64,000 bases of DNA from Candidatus Levyibacteriota bacterium. Its GTDB lineage: Bacteria > Patescibacteriota > Microgenomatia > Levybacterales > UBA12049. The notes under the pieces were generated by a model, which ran no database searches, was not told where the DNA came from, and worked only from the letters and a program-made list of their open reading frames with translations. A program made the position numbers and the translations under genes. Of this stretch, positions 8,236-18,292 are shown one piece after another. The stretch lies in the NCBI GenBank assembly GCA_963722305.1, contig CAVRKE010000002.1, positions 251,878 through 315,877 on the forward strand, given 5' to 3'. Within the stretch, counting starts at the first letter, position 1. Each line of letters begins with the position of its first letter.

Positions 8236-10623
8236 TCAAGCTGCAGGCGCCTTGCTTAGGAAAATATTATCAACTTCGTCAACCGAAAGCAAAACTTTGT
8301 CTCCCCTTTTTATTTCATCTTTAAGCATTGCTTGGGCAATCAAATCCTCAATTTTATCCTGAATAAAGCGCCTGAGCGGCCTTGCTCCAAAATCCTTATC
8401 AAAACCCTCAAGTGCCACTTTTGCAACCACCTTCTCATCGAAAGAAACCGTGATGTCTTTTTCGGCCAGGGTTTTAATTACCTCCGCTAATAATAGTTTA
8501 GCTATTTGCACTATTTCTGCTTGACCAAGGGGCTTAAAAGTAATAATGTCGTCGAAACGGTTTAGGAGTTCGGGCTTAAAGATTTCGTTTGTCTCCAGAA
8601 AATTCATCAAAGCCCCTTGGAATTTTTTGTCGACCGGCAGACCTTTACCGACTTCTTCCCGAATAAATTCCGAAGCGGCATTCGAGGTTGCAATCACAAT
8701 GCAGTTGGCAAAAGAAACGGTCTTACCTTTGTTATCGGTCAATCTTCCGTCATCAAGAACCTGCAAAAAAAGATCAAGAATTTTTTGATCGGCTTTTTCA
8801 AATTCGTCTAAAAGGACCAGCGAGTTGGGACTATCAAAGACAGCTTCCGTTAACTGTCCTTTTTCGTCTCCCTCACCCGGACCGGAGCCTAAAAGCCTCT
8901 TTAGTCCTTCATCACCAACGAATTCACTCATGTCAAGCCTAATAAACCTGGCACTCACTCCAAAATACACTTGGGCTAAAGCCTTAGCGGTTTCGGTTTT
9001 ACCAACACCGGTTGGTCCCAAAAACAAAAAGGAAATTGGTTTTTCTGCGGCAGTAAGCCCTGTCCTAAGCCTTCTGATTGCTTCCGAAATTGCAAAAACC
9101 GCTTGCTCTTGGTCAACTACTCTCCTATGTATTTCGTTTTCTAAATTCAGGAGCAAACTTTTTTCAACCGCCTTTGGCTGTCCAACCGGTACTTTCGTTC
9201 TCTTCTCAATTTGGTCCAGAATATCCTGCGCCTCAACGATTCTTCCCTGATTTGAAACTTTTTTAGCATTTGCCGCGTCCTCCAAAAGAGCCACTGCTGC
9301 TCCGGGTAAAACTTTTTCTTTTACATATCTTCCGGCAAATTCATAAGCATTAAGAATGGCTTTATAGGTTAAGGTAATACCGTCCTTTTCTTCTATTAAC
9401 GACGCCTTGTCAAATAACATTTGCAAAACTTGATTCTTATCCGGTTCATTAAAATTAATAACCGCAAAGTTATCCAGCAGTGGCCTCAATGGCTCAATAA
9501 ATTTTTTGTAATTTTCCATTGTCGAAGCAGCAATTATTCTTACCGCCTTTTTTTGCAGATATGGAATTAGGGCGCCGGAGATGTCTAAATCAAAAGATGC
9601 ACTGCCAAGAATATTTTGCAATTCTGGAATATAAATAATGATGTTTCCGGCGTGAGCGATTTCCACAATTAAGGCGTTAAATCTTGCTTCAAGCTCTCCC
9701 TGATTTTGTACGCCGGCCATAAACGCATCAACCATCAACTGAAAAATCTTTTGATGATAAAGGTTATCTTTTAATTTTCCCATAAAACTTTCGATGGCCA
9801 GCTCTTTGACGACAGTTTCTTTTCCGCTTCCCGTATCTCCTATCAAAACCACACTTTTACCGCTATAGAGTGCTTCCGTCATTTGCTGATACTCACTTTC
9901 TCTTCCCATTGGCTCCCGTTTCTCGTTTAAGAATTCGTGGCTTAAATCGCGCATGTATTTCTCGGTTTCCAAAGTCCATCCGTATACCCACTCTTCAGCT
10001 ATTCCTTCACCGGCCAGAGTTAGCTCTATTTTTTTATTAGATTCCTCGCTGACAAATACCCTTTTCGTCCAAAGCAAAATATTTCTCAAGTCTTCTTGTT
10101 TAAGATTATGGTTGAATAAAATCTTTGCGGATGGCTCGATTGAAAGTAAGTATGCGGCAAAAAAATCCATGGAAGTAACATATTTTCCTCCTAACTCTTT
10201 GGCTAAATTGAACGCACTTTGCACCAGTGAATTCTTATCGGCATCAATTAAAACTATCTCTTCTTTTTTCAAATCCGCTTTATAGATGATAAATTGTATT
10301 TGGGGAAGTCTGATAAGCTCTTTTATAACCTCGGAAAGCGTTTTTTTAGCCTCCAAAATACCCAATAACTCTAACGATAACGAATCAAACGCATCGCTTA
10401 AGTTTTGTGCAACCGGAACTTTCGGCATCAGTTTTGCAATCTTAAACTTGCAAAAGATTTCAAAAATTAAAAATAAAGAAAAAAATATGGCCAAAAAGTT
10501 GGGGAAGCTTTTGTTAAAAGCCCCGATGAGCGAAAAAACCCCAAGCAATACAAACACTGCGATTCTTAACAGTTTAGCTTCAAAAGTCGTGTACTGAAAG
10601 TAAAATTTGGCAAATTCTTTCAT
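8236..10623 (-). CDS. ClpB/ClpC-like double-AAA+ ATPase with an N-terminal membrane anchor and a degenerate D1 module
   Basis: 795 aa. The N-terminus has about 3 TM segments in place of a Clp N-domain. D1 Walker A reads GDTGSGKE, with E in place of the usual T/S after the lysine, and D1 Walker B reads IPELQ, with Asp replaced by Pro. D2 is canonical: GPTGVGKTETAKALA, LLDEFEKA, IATSN, GARPLRR. No IGF/L ClpP-binding loop was seen. Confidence 0.8.
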   Translation of the reverse strand: MKEFAKFYFQYTTFEAKLLRIAVFVLLGVFSLIGAFNKSFPNFLAIFFSLFLIFEIFCKFKIAKLMPKVPVAQNLSDAFDSLSLELLGILEAKKTLSEVIKELIRLPQIQFIIYKADLKKEEIVLIDADKNSLVQSAFNLAKELGGKYVTSMDFFAAYLLSIEPSAKILFNHNLKQEDLRNILLWTKRVFVSEESNKKIELTLAGEGIAEEWVYGWTLETEKYMRDLSHEFLNEKREPMGRESEYQQMTEALYSGKSVVLIGDTGSGKETVVKELAIESFMGKLKDNLYHQKIFQLMVDAFMAGVQNQGELEARFNALIVEIAHAGNIIIYIPELQNILGSASFDLDISGALIPYLQKKAVRIIAASTMENYKKFIEPLRPLLDNFAVINFNEPDKNQVLQMLFDKASLIEEKDGITLTYKAILNAYEFAGRYVKEKVLPGAAVALLEDAANAKKVSNQGRIVEAQDILDQIEKRTKVPVGQPKAVEKSLLLNLENEIHRRVVDQEQAVFAISEAIRRLRTGLTAAEKPISFLFLGPTGVGKTETAKALAQVYFGVSARFIRLDMSEFVGDEGLKRLLGSGPGEGDEKGQLTEAVFDSPNSLVLLDEFEKADQKILDLFLQVLDDGRLTDNKGKTVSFANCIVIATSNAASEFIREEVGKGLPVDKKFQGALMNFLETNEIFKPELLNRFDDIITFKPLGQAEIVQIAKLLLAEVIKTLAEKDITVSFDEKVVAKVALEGFDKDFGARPLRRFIQDKIEDLIAQAMLKDEIKRGDKVLLSVDEVDNIFLSKAPAA

Positions 10624-10946
10624 AATTTAATAAACGGTAAGACGAAAGTTGCAAGTGGCCAAATCAGAAATCCGACAAAAATAACTATTTCGGCGAAAAT
10701 TAGGCCGGCGAGAAGAATAAAATCCGCCAGAACAAATAAGCTTTTAACCACCACTCCCATAAATATTGAAAATCCAACTAGTCCTTCACGATATTCGTTT
10801 TTCCAGGGCTTAAAAAAGGTCTTTAGCATCAAGGGTAAAGAAAAAACAACTAAAAAAGCCTTGTTTAAAGTAATAAAAAAGCTAAGCAGTGAATAAGGCG
10901 CTTCCAGATACCAAAACCTGAGAATGTAGACGGGCAGTTTAATCAT
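10620..10946 (-). CDS. Small polytopic membrane protein, translationally coupled to the ClpB-like gene (4-nt overlap)
   Basis: 108 aa. Three predicted TM helices. Its stop overlaps the start of the downstream ATPase gene. Confidence 0.5.
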   Translation of the reverse strand: MIKLPVYILRFWYLEAPYSLLSFFITLNKAFLVVFSLPLMLKTFFKPWKNEYREGLVGFSIFMGVVVKSLFVLADFILLAGLIFAEIVIFVGFLIWPLATFVLPFIKL

Positions 10947-11052
10947 CTATTTTAGTGTAGGAAGTTTGGGGACAAATTGCAATTATTTCCAGCAATCTCT
11001 TTAATCTCATTAGGGTCTCATTAGATGTTCAAACCCTAAATTGGGTTTACTC

Positions 11053-11295
11053 TTATCTTGTGAGTTGCCGGACTTGACTGTTGTAAACGGAGGTTGCATG
11101 GGCCGTCTGCGGTTTATTTGTGTTTGCATCAAATTGGTAAACCGATAGAAAAACGAGTAAACAGGCAAAGATTATCATTGCAATTAATATTAACGCGCTA
11201 ATTTTACTTTTCTTAATAGACGTAACTTCCTTAACGTTTGACAAAGCAGTAATATTGGAAACACTTAAGTTACTTTTGGAAAATTGGTTATCCAT
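11053..11295 (-). CDS. Hypothetical small membrane protein
   Basis: 80 aa with a single TM helix. There is no similarity-based support. Confidence 0.35.
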   Translation of the reverse strand: MDNQFSKSNLSVSNITALSNVKEVTSIKKSKISALILIAMIIFACLLVFLSVYQFDANTNKPQTAHATSVYNSQVRQLTR

Positions 11296-11332
11296 AGATA
11301 AATCATCTCAAGAATAAAGACTTAAGTCAATT

Positions 11333-12391
11333 TTATGTATAGGTTACGGAGTTATTCGACAATCCTTCTTTTAGAATGAGGTGGTCCATTGGAGAAATTA
11401 ACCCCAAAGACTTATGCACTCTTTCTGTATTGTAGAATATCAGATAATCAATCAGTTTTCCAGTAAAAAGTACGGGGTTATGGATGTATTCCAGATTATT
11501 GTCAATAAACTCTTCCTGAATGGTTCTATTGAATCTTTCCACAACCCCGTTGATTCTACAGCAGCGGGGATAGATAAATACTTGGGAGATTTGATGCTTT
11601 TTAAGATAATCCTCAAAGTCTCCCAGGAATTCAAGACCATTATCTGTTTGGACAGTCTTAATCCTGTAAGGATACACTACCTCAAGTTTCTTGAAGAAAT
11701 CTACCGTATTCTGGCTATTTAAGTGTTTGTACATTAAGGAGAAGGCAAATTTACCTTTAACATCAACTGCCTGGTAGAAGTAGTATCGAATACCATCCAC
11801 AAACCTTAAAACAGTGTCCATTTCAACATATCCTATCTTGGTAGGTTTAGGAGCATATCTTACTCTTATTCGCCTTGTTCTCTTTCTTTTAGCAAAGCCG
11901 CTACCGGGATTATGGTAAATCTTGCCTGACTGTTGAAAAAAGAAGTTATTTCTCTTGATTACCTTACCGATGGTTGATACTTCTATAGCCGGAAGTCCTT
12001 CTTTAAGACAATACTTATCTAAAAGAGGTTTAATCTTCTCTTTTCCAAGTCTTGGGTGTTTTTCCCGCAAGGATTTAACATACAAGATTACCTTTGGGTT
12101 AGTTATCATAGTTCTTCTGGTTTTAGGCGTTGTTAGTGTTGGGATTAATGAGGAAATACTATTGTGACTCTCTTTTAACCGTTTCTTCCATATCCAAATA
12201 GTATCTCTGCCAACCTTAAATGCTTCACGTGTTGTTTTCTCGCCATGTAGATCGTAGAACTCAATGATTCTAAGTCTTTCTTTAGCTATTTCATCTTTAG
12301 AGAACCTTTTAAGACTTGCTACCACTTTTTTCACCTCCTCAAGTCCTCGTATTCTACTAAAGATTGGGTATGCTCTGGCGTAATGATCCAT
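11333..12391 (-). CDS. IS481-family transposase (HTH + rve/DDE integrase)
   Basis: 352 aa. N-terminal HTH and a DDE core with the ...VQTDNGLEF... rve signature. Confidence 0.85.
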   Translation of the reverse strand: MDHYARAYPIFSRIRGLEEVKKVVASLKRFSKDEIAKERLRIIEFYDLHGEKTTREAFKVGRDTIWIWKKRLKESHNSISSLIPTLTTPKTRRTMITNPKVILYVKSLREKHPRLGKEKIKPLLDKYCLKEGLPAIEVSTIGKVIKRNNFFFQQSGKIYHNPGSGFAKRKRTRRIRVRYAPKPTKIGYVEMDTVLRFVDGIRYYFYQAVDVKGKFAFSLMYKHLNSQNTVDFFKKLEVVYPYRIKTVQTDNGLEFLGDFEDYLKKHQISQVFIYPRCCRINGVVERFNRTIQEEFIDNNLEYIHNPVLFTGKLIDYLIFYNTERVHKSLGLISPMDHLILKEGLSNNSVTYT

Positions 12392-12429
12392 AGTTACGAA
12401 ATGTCGAATATGTTTCGTAACTTATACAT
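11335..12429 (-). mobile_element. IS481-family insertion sequence, about 1.1 kb, with imperfect terminal inverted repeats
   Basis: Left inverted repeat 11335-11363: ATGTATAGGTTACGGAGTTATTCGACAAT. The reverse complement of the right inverted repeat 12400-12429 reads ATGTATAAGTTACGAAACATATTCGACATT. The element encloses an rve-type transposase gene. Confidence 0.7.
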
Positions 12430-13004
12430 TTTATTCTTTTAAACTGAAATTTTATGGCTATGGCAATTAAAGAATTAACCAAGAAAATAATTAACGGATA
12501 AGCATAAGTTTGGAAATTCCAGTCTTTTATCGTTAATAAGGTAATTAAGCCTGAAATTGCACCGACTAAAAAAGCAGGGAAGTTTTCAGTTTCAGGATAA
12601 CGATAAGCTTTATAAACAGTCGGCAGCGACGCAAACACGTCTGCGGTAATGCTAAAAAATATGGCTAAATTTCCCACTCTTGTGATATACCACAGAGCCA
12701 ATCCGACTAACGATAATGCACCGCAAATTAAATCATTTCTGGTTATCTTCCAGTATGCTCTCTTGTTAACAAAAGAGGCTATAAAAATTAATATCGGGCC
12801 AAAACCGATTAAAAAAGTTAATAATGATTGAATACCAACCCTCTGATTTACCTCCGCGGCAAAGGCAATTAAAGGACTGACCGCCCACAAAATCCAAGTG
12901 ACTTTATTCGGTTTTACACGGCCTTTGATAGTTTCCCAAACGTAATAAATAGTCGCGGCAAAATTTAAAAATAAGGCCAGCCAAACAAAATTTTCGCTAA
13001 TCAC
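12357..13004 (-). CDS. Polytopic membrane protein whose 3' end runs into the IS481 right end (C-terminus replaced by IS-derived sequence)
   Basis: 215 aa with about 6 TM helices. Codons after roughly amino acid 192 lie inside the IS inverted repeat (boundary 12429). Confidence 0.5.
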   Translation of the reverse strand: MISENFVWLALFLNFAATIYYVWETIKGRVKPNKVTWILWAVSPLIAFAAEVNQRVGIQSLLTFLIGFGPILIFIASFVNKRAYWKITRNDLICGALSLVGLALWYITRVGNLAIFFSITADVFASLPTVYKAYRYPETENFPAFLVGAISGLITLLTIKDWNFQTYAYPLIIFLVNSLIAIAIKFQFKRIKCISYETYSTFRNYGSLRQSIPNL

Positions 13005-13027
13005 TATAAAACGATTATATCAGAAGC

Positions 13028-13963
13028 TTAGAACCAGCCGGATTTTTTGGAGTTTTCAAATTCTTTGAGCAGTTCTTTCTGTCTACCGGAAAGGTTTTTG
13101 GGAACTGTTACCTTGATGCGAACATAATGGTCGCCGTAACCGGAGCCTCTGATTACTTTTACGCCTTTTCCCCTAAGCCTAATTAAAGTTTCGGGTTGGG
13201 TGCCCGAAGGGATTTTTATTTTCACCGGTCCCTGCACCGTTTCGACTTCAACCGTCTCCCCCAAAGCTGCCTGGGCAAAAGAAATTTCCTGATTTCCAAC
13301 AATATCATATCCTTCTCTTCGAAATCTTTTATCCGGAGTAACATCAATGACAACATCGTAATCGCCAAATCTGACTCTTGACCCGTCGTCAACTCCTGCC
13401 GGAATTTTGATTGTTTGAGTTTTGCCCGCCAAATCAACCTTCTTAGTCACACCCTTAACCGCCTCCATCAAAGAAATTGTTAATTGATAAGTCGTTCTCC
13501 TTTGTGTTCTGCCAAAAGGCGAGGCGCCACCGAAAAACTGCTCAAAAATTTCAAACGGGTCGGAAAATCCGCCAAAATCAAACCCCTGCGGTCCACCACC
13601 GCTGGTGGTATATGTATAAGTGAACGGCCCCTGGCCACCCTGAGCGCCGCCAAATCCGCCAAACGGCCCACCTGCTCCAAACGGTCCCTGGCCGCTTGGT
13701 CCGCCCTGCTCAAAAGCTGCCGCGCCAAACTGGTCATATGTTTGCCGCTTTTGTGTATCTGACAAAACTTCGTAAGCTTTATTGACTTCTTTGAACTTTT
13801 CTTCCGCGGCTTTATCACCTTTATTTCTGTCCGGATGGTACTGCAAAGCTAATTTTCGATAAGCTTTTTTTATCTCCGCTTCGCTGGCGTTTTTGGAAAC
13901 TCCCAAAATTTGGTAATAATCGTTACTTGCCATAGCCGTATTATATATTAAAAGCGCGTTCAA
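13028..13963 (-). CDS. dnaJ: J-domain co-chaperone, type II (J domain plus G/F-rich linker plus C-terminal substrate domains; no Cys-rich zinc finger). Probable start at MASNDYY, about 13933.
   Basis: The HPD motif is present (…YHPDRNKGD…). A Gly/Phe-rich region follows. No CxxCxGxG repeats are present. Last gene of the hrcA-grpE-dnaK-dnaJ operon. Confidence 0.85.
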   Translation of the reverse strand: MNALLIYNTAMASNDYYQILGVSKNASEAEIKKAYRKLALQYHPDRNKGDKAAEEKFKEVNKAYEVLSDTQKRQTYDQFGAAAFEQGGPSGQGPFGAGGPFGGFGGAQGGQGPFTYTYTTSGGGPQGFDFGGFSDPFEIFEQFFGGASPFGRTQRRTTYQLTISLMEAVKGVTKKVDLAGKTQTIKIPAGVDDGSRVRFGDYDVVIDVTPDKRFRREGYDIVGNQEISFAQAALGETVEVETVQGPVKIKIPSGTQPETLIRLRGKGVKVIRGSGYGDHYVRIKVTVPKNLSGRQKELLKEFENSKKSGWF

Positions 13964-14001
13964 CGCGCTTTAATTGTTAACTGATAATTAATAATTGATA
14001 A

Positions 14002-15915
14002 TTAATTGACCACTTCACCTTCAACCGGTTCCTCTGCTTTTTTGTCGTCTCCCTTGGCCTGTCCGTCTTTTTCATTTTGCTCAATTTCTTCTTCCGGTTT
14101 TTGCTGGCCTTGTGGCGATCCCGCCGAACCATACATTGACTGCCCAATCTTCTGCAGTGATTCCGATAACTCTTTGGTTTTGGTTTCTAAATCTTCCTTT
14201 GAACCGGAATCAAGAACACCTTTAAGTGCCGCAATCTTGTCTTCGACCTCTTTCTTGACATCGGGTTTGACCTTATCTCCCGCATCTTTTAGTGATTTTT
14301 CGGCGGTGAAAATAAGTGAATCCGCCTGATTCTTAGCTTCGACTTTTTCTTTTTTCTCGGTGTCTTCGGCGGCGTGGGCTTCCGCTTCCTTGGTCATGCG
14401 CTCGACTTCGTCTTTGGTCAAGCCGGTTGAACCGGTGATTTTGATACTTTGTTCTTTGCCGGTCGCTTTATCAACCGCTTTCACGTTTAAAATACCGTTG
14501 GCGTCGATGTCAAAAGTCACTTCAATTTGCGGCACTCCTCTTGGCGCCGGTGGAATTCCGTCCAGTACAAACCTTCCCAATGATTTATTGTCCGAAGCCA
14601 TCGGTCTTTCACCCTGTAAAACGTTGATTTCAACTTGCGTTTGGTTATCGGCCGCGGTTGAAAAAACCTGCGATTTGGAAGTTGGAATGGTTGTATTTTT
14701 GGAAATTAATGGCGTTGAAACTGAACCCAAAGTCTCCAGTCCTAAAGTGAGAGGGGTCACGTCCAAAAGCAAAACGTCTTTGACTTCTCCGCCTAAAACC
14801 CCGCCCTGAATGGCCGCTCCAACCGCCACCACTTCGTCCGGATTAACCGACTTATTGGCTTCTTTACCGAAGAATTTGGTGACCACTTCGACCACTTTGG
14901 GCATTCTGGTCATTCCGCCGACCAACACCACCTCGTCGATGTCTTTAACCGTCGCTTTAGCATCTTTTAAGGCTTGCTCAACCGGTTTAATAGTTTTTTG
15001 AATTAACGGATCAACGATTTTCTCTAAGTTAGCCCGAGTTAAAGTCATCGTTAAATGTAAGGGCCCGTTGGCCCCCTGGGTAATAAATGGTTGGTTAATT
15101 TGCGCTTCCTGAGCGGTAGAAAGTTCAATTTTGGCTTTTTCGGCTGCTTCTCTTAAACGCTGCAAGGCTTGCGGGTCTTTTCGCAGGTCAACATTATTTT
15201 CTTTTTTGAATTCGTCGGCCAGGTAATTTAAAATTTCCTGGTCGAAATCGTCTCCGCCCAAATGCGTATCGCCATTGGTGGATTTTACTTCATAAACTCC
15301 GTCCCCAAGTTCCAGAATGGAAATGTCAAAAGTACCCCCTCCAAGGTCATAAACCGCAATGGTGTGGGCATTTTTCTTGTCCAAACCATAAGCCAGGGCG
15401 GCCGCGGTTGGTTCATTGATAATGCGCATCACTTCCAAACCGGCAATTTCCCCGGCTTGTTTGGTCGCCTGACGTTGTGAATCATCAAAATAAGCGGGAA
15501 CCGTTATTACGGCCTGGCTGACTTTTCCGCCTAAATAGGCCTCGGCATCCGATTTAATCTTCTGCAAAATCATTGCGGAAATTTCCTGAGGAGTGTAGGT
15601 TTTGCCGTTGACTTCAACATCCGCCATGCCGTCGCGGCCCGACTTGATGGAATACGGCAACCACTTAATATCGCTTTGTACCGAAGAATCCGTATATTTT
15701 CGGCCCATCAATCTTTTGATGGAGAAAATAGTTTCCTTCGGTTTTAAAACAATTTGCCTTTTGGCCACATCCCCCACCACATGAGTCACCGGGTCAACGA
15801 CTGAAGGAATTACATTTCGTCCTTCCGCCGAGTGGATAACCTTCGGGCTTCCACCTTCCATGACGGCTACACATGAGTTGGTTGTACCTAAATCAATTCC
15901 AATTATTTTTGCCAT
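14002..15915 (-). CDS. dnaK: Chaperone DnaK (Hsp70)
   Basis: 637 aa. Hsp70 signatures [16 protein letters not shown] and [10 protein letters not shown]. Confidence 0.97.
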   Translation of the reverse strand: MAKIIGIDLGTTNSCVAVMEGGSPKVIHSAEGRNVIPSVVDPVTHVVGDVAKRQIVLKPKETIFSIKRLMGRKYTDSSVQSDIKWLPYSIKSGRDGMADVEVNGKTYTPQEISAMILQKIKSDAEAYLGGKVSQAVITVPAYFDDSQRQATKQAGEIAGLEVMRIINEPTAAALAYGLDKKNAHTIAVYDLGGGTFDISILELGDGVYEVKSTNGDTHLGGDDFDQEILNYLADEFKKENNVDLRKDPQALQRLREAAEKAKIELSTAQEAQINQPFITQGANGPLHLTMTLTRANLEKIVDPLIQKTIKPVEQALKDAKATVKDIDEVVLVGGMTRMPKVVEVVTKFFGKEANKSVNPDEVVAVGAAIQGGVLGGEVKDVLLLDVTPLTLGLETLGSVSTPLISKNTTIPTSKSQVFSTAADNQTQVEINVLQGERPMASDNKSLGRFVLDGIPPAPRGVPQIEVTFDIDANGILNVKAVDKATGKEQSIKITGSTGLTKDEVERMTKEAEAHAAEDTEKKEKVEAKNQADSLIFTAEKSLKDAGDKVKPDVKKEVEDKIAALKGVLDSGSKEDLETKTKELSESLQKIGQSMYGSAGSPQGQQKPEEEIEQNEKDGQAKGDDKKAEEPVEGEVVN

Positions 15916-15986
15916 AATATTTTCTAGCTTTTAGTTAGCTAGCAACTAGCGTCTAGTTATATTTTAAACTAAATGCTAAATGCTAA

Positions 15987-16457
15987 TCAACTAGTTGCTG
16001 ATTTTCCGACTATTACCTGTGCCGGCCTTAAAACTACGTCGTAAAGCATGTATCCGGCTCTTACTTCTTCAATTACTTTATTTTCCATTTGTCCTGAGCC
16101 TGTCGAAAGATTCGCCGGCACAGCTCCGACTGCTTCCATTAAATTCGGGTCAAAATCTTTTCCGGCTGTTTCAATTTTCCTGACCCCCTCATTTTCTAAA
16201 ATAGCCAAGAAATGATTTATTGAAAGCTTCACACCTTCATCTTGAGTATGCTTTTCGGCTAAGAGCAAACTATCAAGGCCGGGCAAAAGTTTTAAGAGCA
16301 AATTTTTATTGGCGACTTTTACCCAAATGCTTTTTTCTTCGGCGATTCTTTTTTCCAAATTTTGGTAATCCGCCAAAGCTCTTTTTAATTGATTTTCAAG
16401 GTTCGCAAATTCTTTGTTCTCTTCATTTTGTTTTTTATTTTCTTCATTTTTTTTCAT
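15987..16457 (-). CDS. grpE: Nucleotide exchange factor GrpE
   Basis: 156 aa. Coiled-coil N-terminus and GrpE C-terminal motifs (…FDPNLMEAV…). Confidence 0.9.
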   Translation of the reverse strand: MKKNEENKKQNEENKEFANLENQLKRALADYQNLEKRIAEEKSIWVKVANKNLLLKLLPGLDSLLLAEKHTQDEGVKLSINHFLAILENEGVRKIETAGKDFDPNLMEAVGAVPANLSTGSGQMENKVIEEVRAGYMLYDVVLRPAQVIVGKSATS

Positions 16458-16498
16458 TTTAATTCTGAATTCTGAATTCTAAATTTTGAATTCTTTTC

Positions 16499-17230
16499 TT
16501 ACCATCCCTGTGCGATTTCTTCAATTAAGTCTCCAAAATATCTGACGGTCGGAACTACAAAGGTGTAATTGAGTCTTGACGGTCCTAAAACTCCGATTTC
16601 ACCGGTTAAATTCATTGGCGTATGGAATTTTGTATAGACAAATCCGTACGGCCCAATCAGTTTTGGCCCTAATTCTTCGCCCAACAGAATATGAATATCA
16701 TCATCGTCAATCTGTCCCGAACATAAACCCTCAAGATAGCCTGCTTCCTCGATTACCGACAAAAGATTTCGGGTTAAATCGATATCGAAAAATTCCGGCA
16801 TGTCCAAAATATTGGCGTAACCCGAAACAAGCAAGTCGCCTACATTGGTGGTTGCAACTGCCAAAGCTTTTGTTCGCTCAGCCAAAGCCCTGGTCATTTC
16901 CTTTAAAAATTCCCTTTCTTTTTCCCTTAAATCCCAAACTTTTTCTTTTAAAGAAACTTCATCCGCCGTTGACAGCTCTTTTTCCTTCATCAGCTGCTTG
17001 ACGTAGAATTTCATTCCCGCAGGAGTCGGGATTCTTCCGGCCGAAACATGCGGTTTTTTTAAATATCCAAGCTCCGTAAGCCTGACCATTTCGTTGCGAA
17101 TGGTTGCCGGACTGGCTGATAAATTATGCTTTTTTTCCAGCGTTTCCGAGCCCACGGCTTCGGCTGTTTCGATATATTCTTCGATTAGACTTTTTAGAAT
17201 TTCAACCTGTCTGGCTGTTAAATCGTGCAT
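16499..17230 (-). CDS. hrcA: Heat-inducible transcription repressor HrcA (short form)
   Basis: 243 aa. N-terminal winged helix (…RQVEILKSLIEEY…) and an HrcA C-domain. A CIRCE operator lies upstream. Confidence 0.85.
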   Translation of the reverse strand: MHDLTARQVEILKSLIEEYIETAEAVGSETLEKKHNLSASPATIRNEMVRLTELGYLKKPHVSAGRIPTPAGMKFYVKQLMKEKELSTADEVSLKEKVWDLREKEREFLKEMTRALAERTKALAVATTNVGDLLVSGYANILDMPEFFDIDLTRNLLSVIEEAGYLEGLCSGQIDDDDIHILLGEELGPKLIGPYGFVYTKFHTPMNLTGEIGVLGPSRLNYTFVVPTVRYFGDLIEEIAQGW

Positions 17231-17283
17231 AAATTCTTGTCCTCAACTTGTTTGGACCGCAGGTCCTGAGCGAAGCCGAAGGA

Positions 17284-17310
17284 TTAGCAGTAATATATCA
17301 TGACTGCTAA
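17284..17310 (-). promoter_or_regulatory. CIRCE-like HrcA operator inside a sigma70 promoter
   Basis: The operator reads TTAGCAGTAATATATCATGACTGCTAA, i.e. TTAGCAGT-N11-ACTGCTAA (consensus TTAGCACTC-N9-GAGTGCTAA). On the minus strand the promoter reads TTGACA (17320-17315), a 17-nt spacer, then TATATT as the -10. Position of the -10: see note. Confidence 0.7.
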
Positions 17311-17323
17311 ATTCTGTCAAGGA

Positions 17324-18199
17324 GCAATTTTTGGGTAATCCCACCCTGTTGGTACAAAATCGTTAGAATATGATTATGTACCATTTAAAACAAGTACCTA
17401 CGGATGCCCAGATTAAAAAGTTTCTCAGAAGAACTGTTTTTGGTAGAAATATCTTCTGTCCAAAGTGCAAATCCTGGAATATTGTTCGCTTTGAAAAAAG
17501 ATACAGATGTAGACAATGTCAGATTAAGTTCTCGCTGTTTTCCCATACCTGGCTTTGCAATGTGAAGATTCCTTTGCAGAGATTTTGGTTAATTCTCTGG
17601 TGCTGGACAAAACAAATGCCGGTTAAACAGACTGAAGATCTAACTTCTTTGTCTGAGAAGGGAGTCAGACATTACTTTGACTTGTTCAGAGAACAATTAC
17701 CAAGAGATCGGAGGCTTCTAGAGCATATTGTCCAGCTTGATGAGGCCTACTTTGGCAGATTTGGTAATACCGCACTTCTCATGGGAAAGGAGAGAGGAAC
17801 CAGAAAGCTTGCTTATCAAATCCTCTCCTCTGATGCCCCAGCGAAGAAAGATGCAATTGATTTTGTTAGAACTTACGTTAAACCAGAGTCTCAACTAAAT
17901 ACAGATGGCTCTACTATTTACAAAAATATTGATAAGTATTATCCTCTATTCCATATGACAGACATTCACAAGAAATTTGAGTTTACCAACACCTCTGAAA
18001 TTGAAGGAATGTTTGGCGTTTTAAGGACTTTTATCCGGAGGATGTACCACCATGTCAGTGAAGAAAAGCTTGAAGAATATGTCTGTGAATTTTACTGCAG
18101 ATTTTCCAGACCGGAAATGTTTAAATCTCCTTACCATTACTTGCAAAACACGCTACATGCTTTACCAACAGGGTAGGAGAACCCCAATTTTTAAATTGC
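17324..18199 (+). mobile_element. IS1595-family insertion sequence, about 0.88 kb, with imperfect terminal inverted repeats
   Basis: Left repeat 17324-17348 GCAATTTTTGGGTAATCCCACCCTG. Reverse complement of right repeat 18169-18199: GCAATTTAAAAATTGGGGTTCTCCTACCCTG. Encloses a zinc-ribbon DDE transposase gene. No clean target-site duplication was seen. Confidence 0.55.
17370..18176 (+). CDS. IS1595-family transposase (N-terminal zinc ribbon + DDE_Tnp_IS1595)
   Basis: 268 aa. N-terminal CPKC...CRQC ribbon, and the ...LDEAYFG... and ...NTDG... DDE-region motifs. Confidence 0.8.
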   Translation: MIMYHLKQVPTDAQIKKFLRRTVFGRNIFCPKCKSWNIVRFEKRYRCRQCQIKFSLFSHTWLCNVKIPLQRFWLILWCWTKQMPVKQTEDLTSLSEKGVRHYFDLFREQLPRDRRLLEHIVQLDEAYFGRFGNTALLMGKERGTRKLAYQILSSDAPAKKDAIDFVRTYVKPESQLNTDGSTIYKNIDKYYPLFHMTDIHKKFEFTNTSEIEGMFGVLRTFIRRMYHHVSEEKLEEYVCEFYCRFSRPEMFKSPYHYLQNTLHALPTG

Positions 18200-18292
18200 G
18201 ACGCGATGCTGTGCAAAGCAGCAGTATCAAGTACCTTTTTTACATTTTTACAAATAGCACGCGATCCTGAGCCTGCCGAACGGATCAAGGGG

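Noticed and set aside
17258-18290. Similar 21-mers (…TCCTGAGCGAAGCCGAAGGAT… at about 17265 and …TCCTGAGCCTGCCGAACGGAT… at about 18265) flanking the IS1595, considered as a possible target duplication
   Set aside because: The left copy lies inside the hrcA 5' UTR on the far side of the CIRCE/promoter and outside the IS inverted repeat. It is far too long for an 8-bp IS1595 target-site duplication. It is probably coincidental hairpin-forming sequence.
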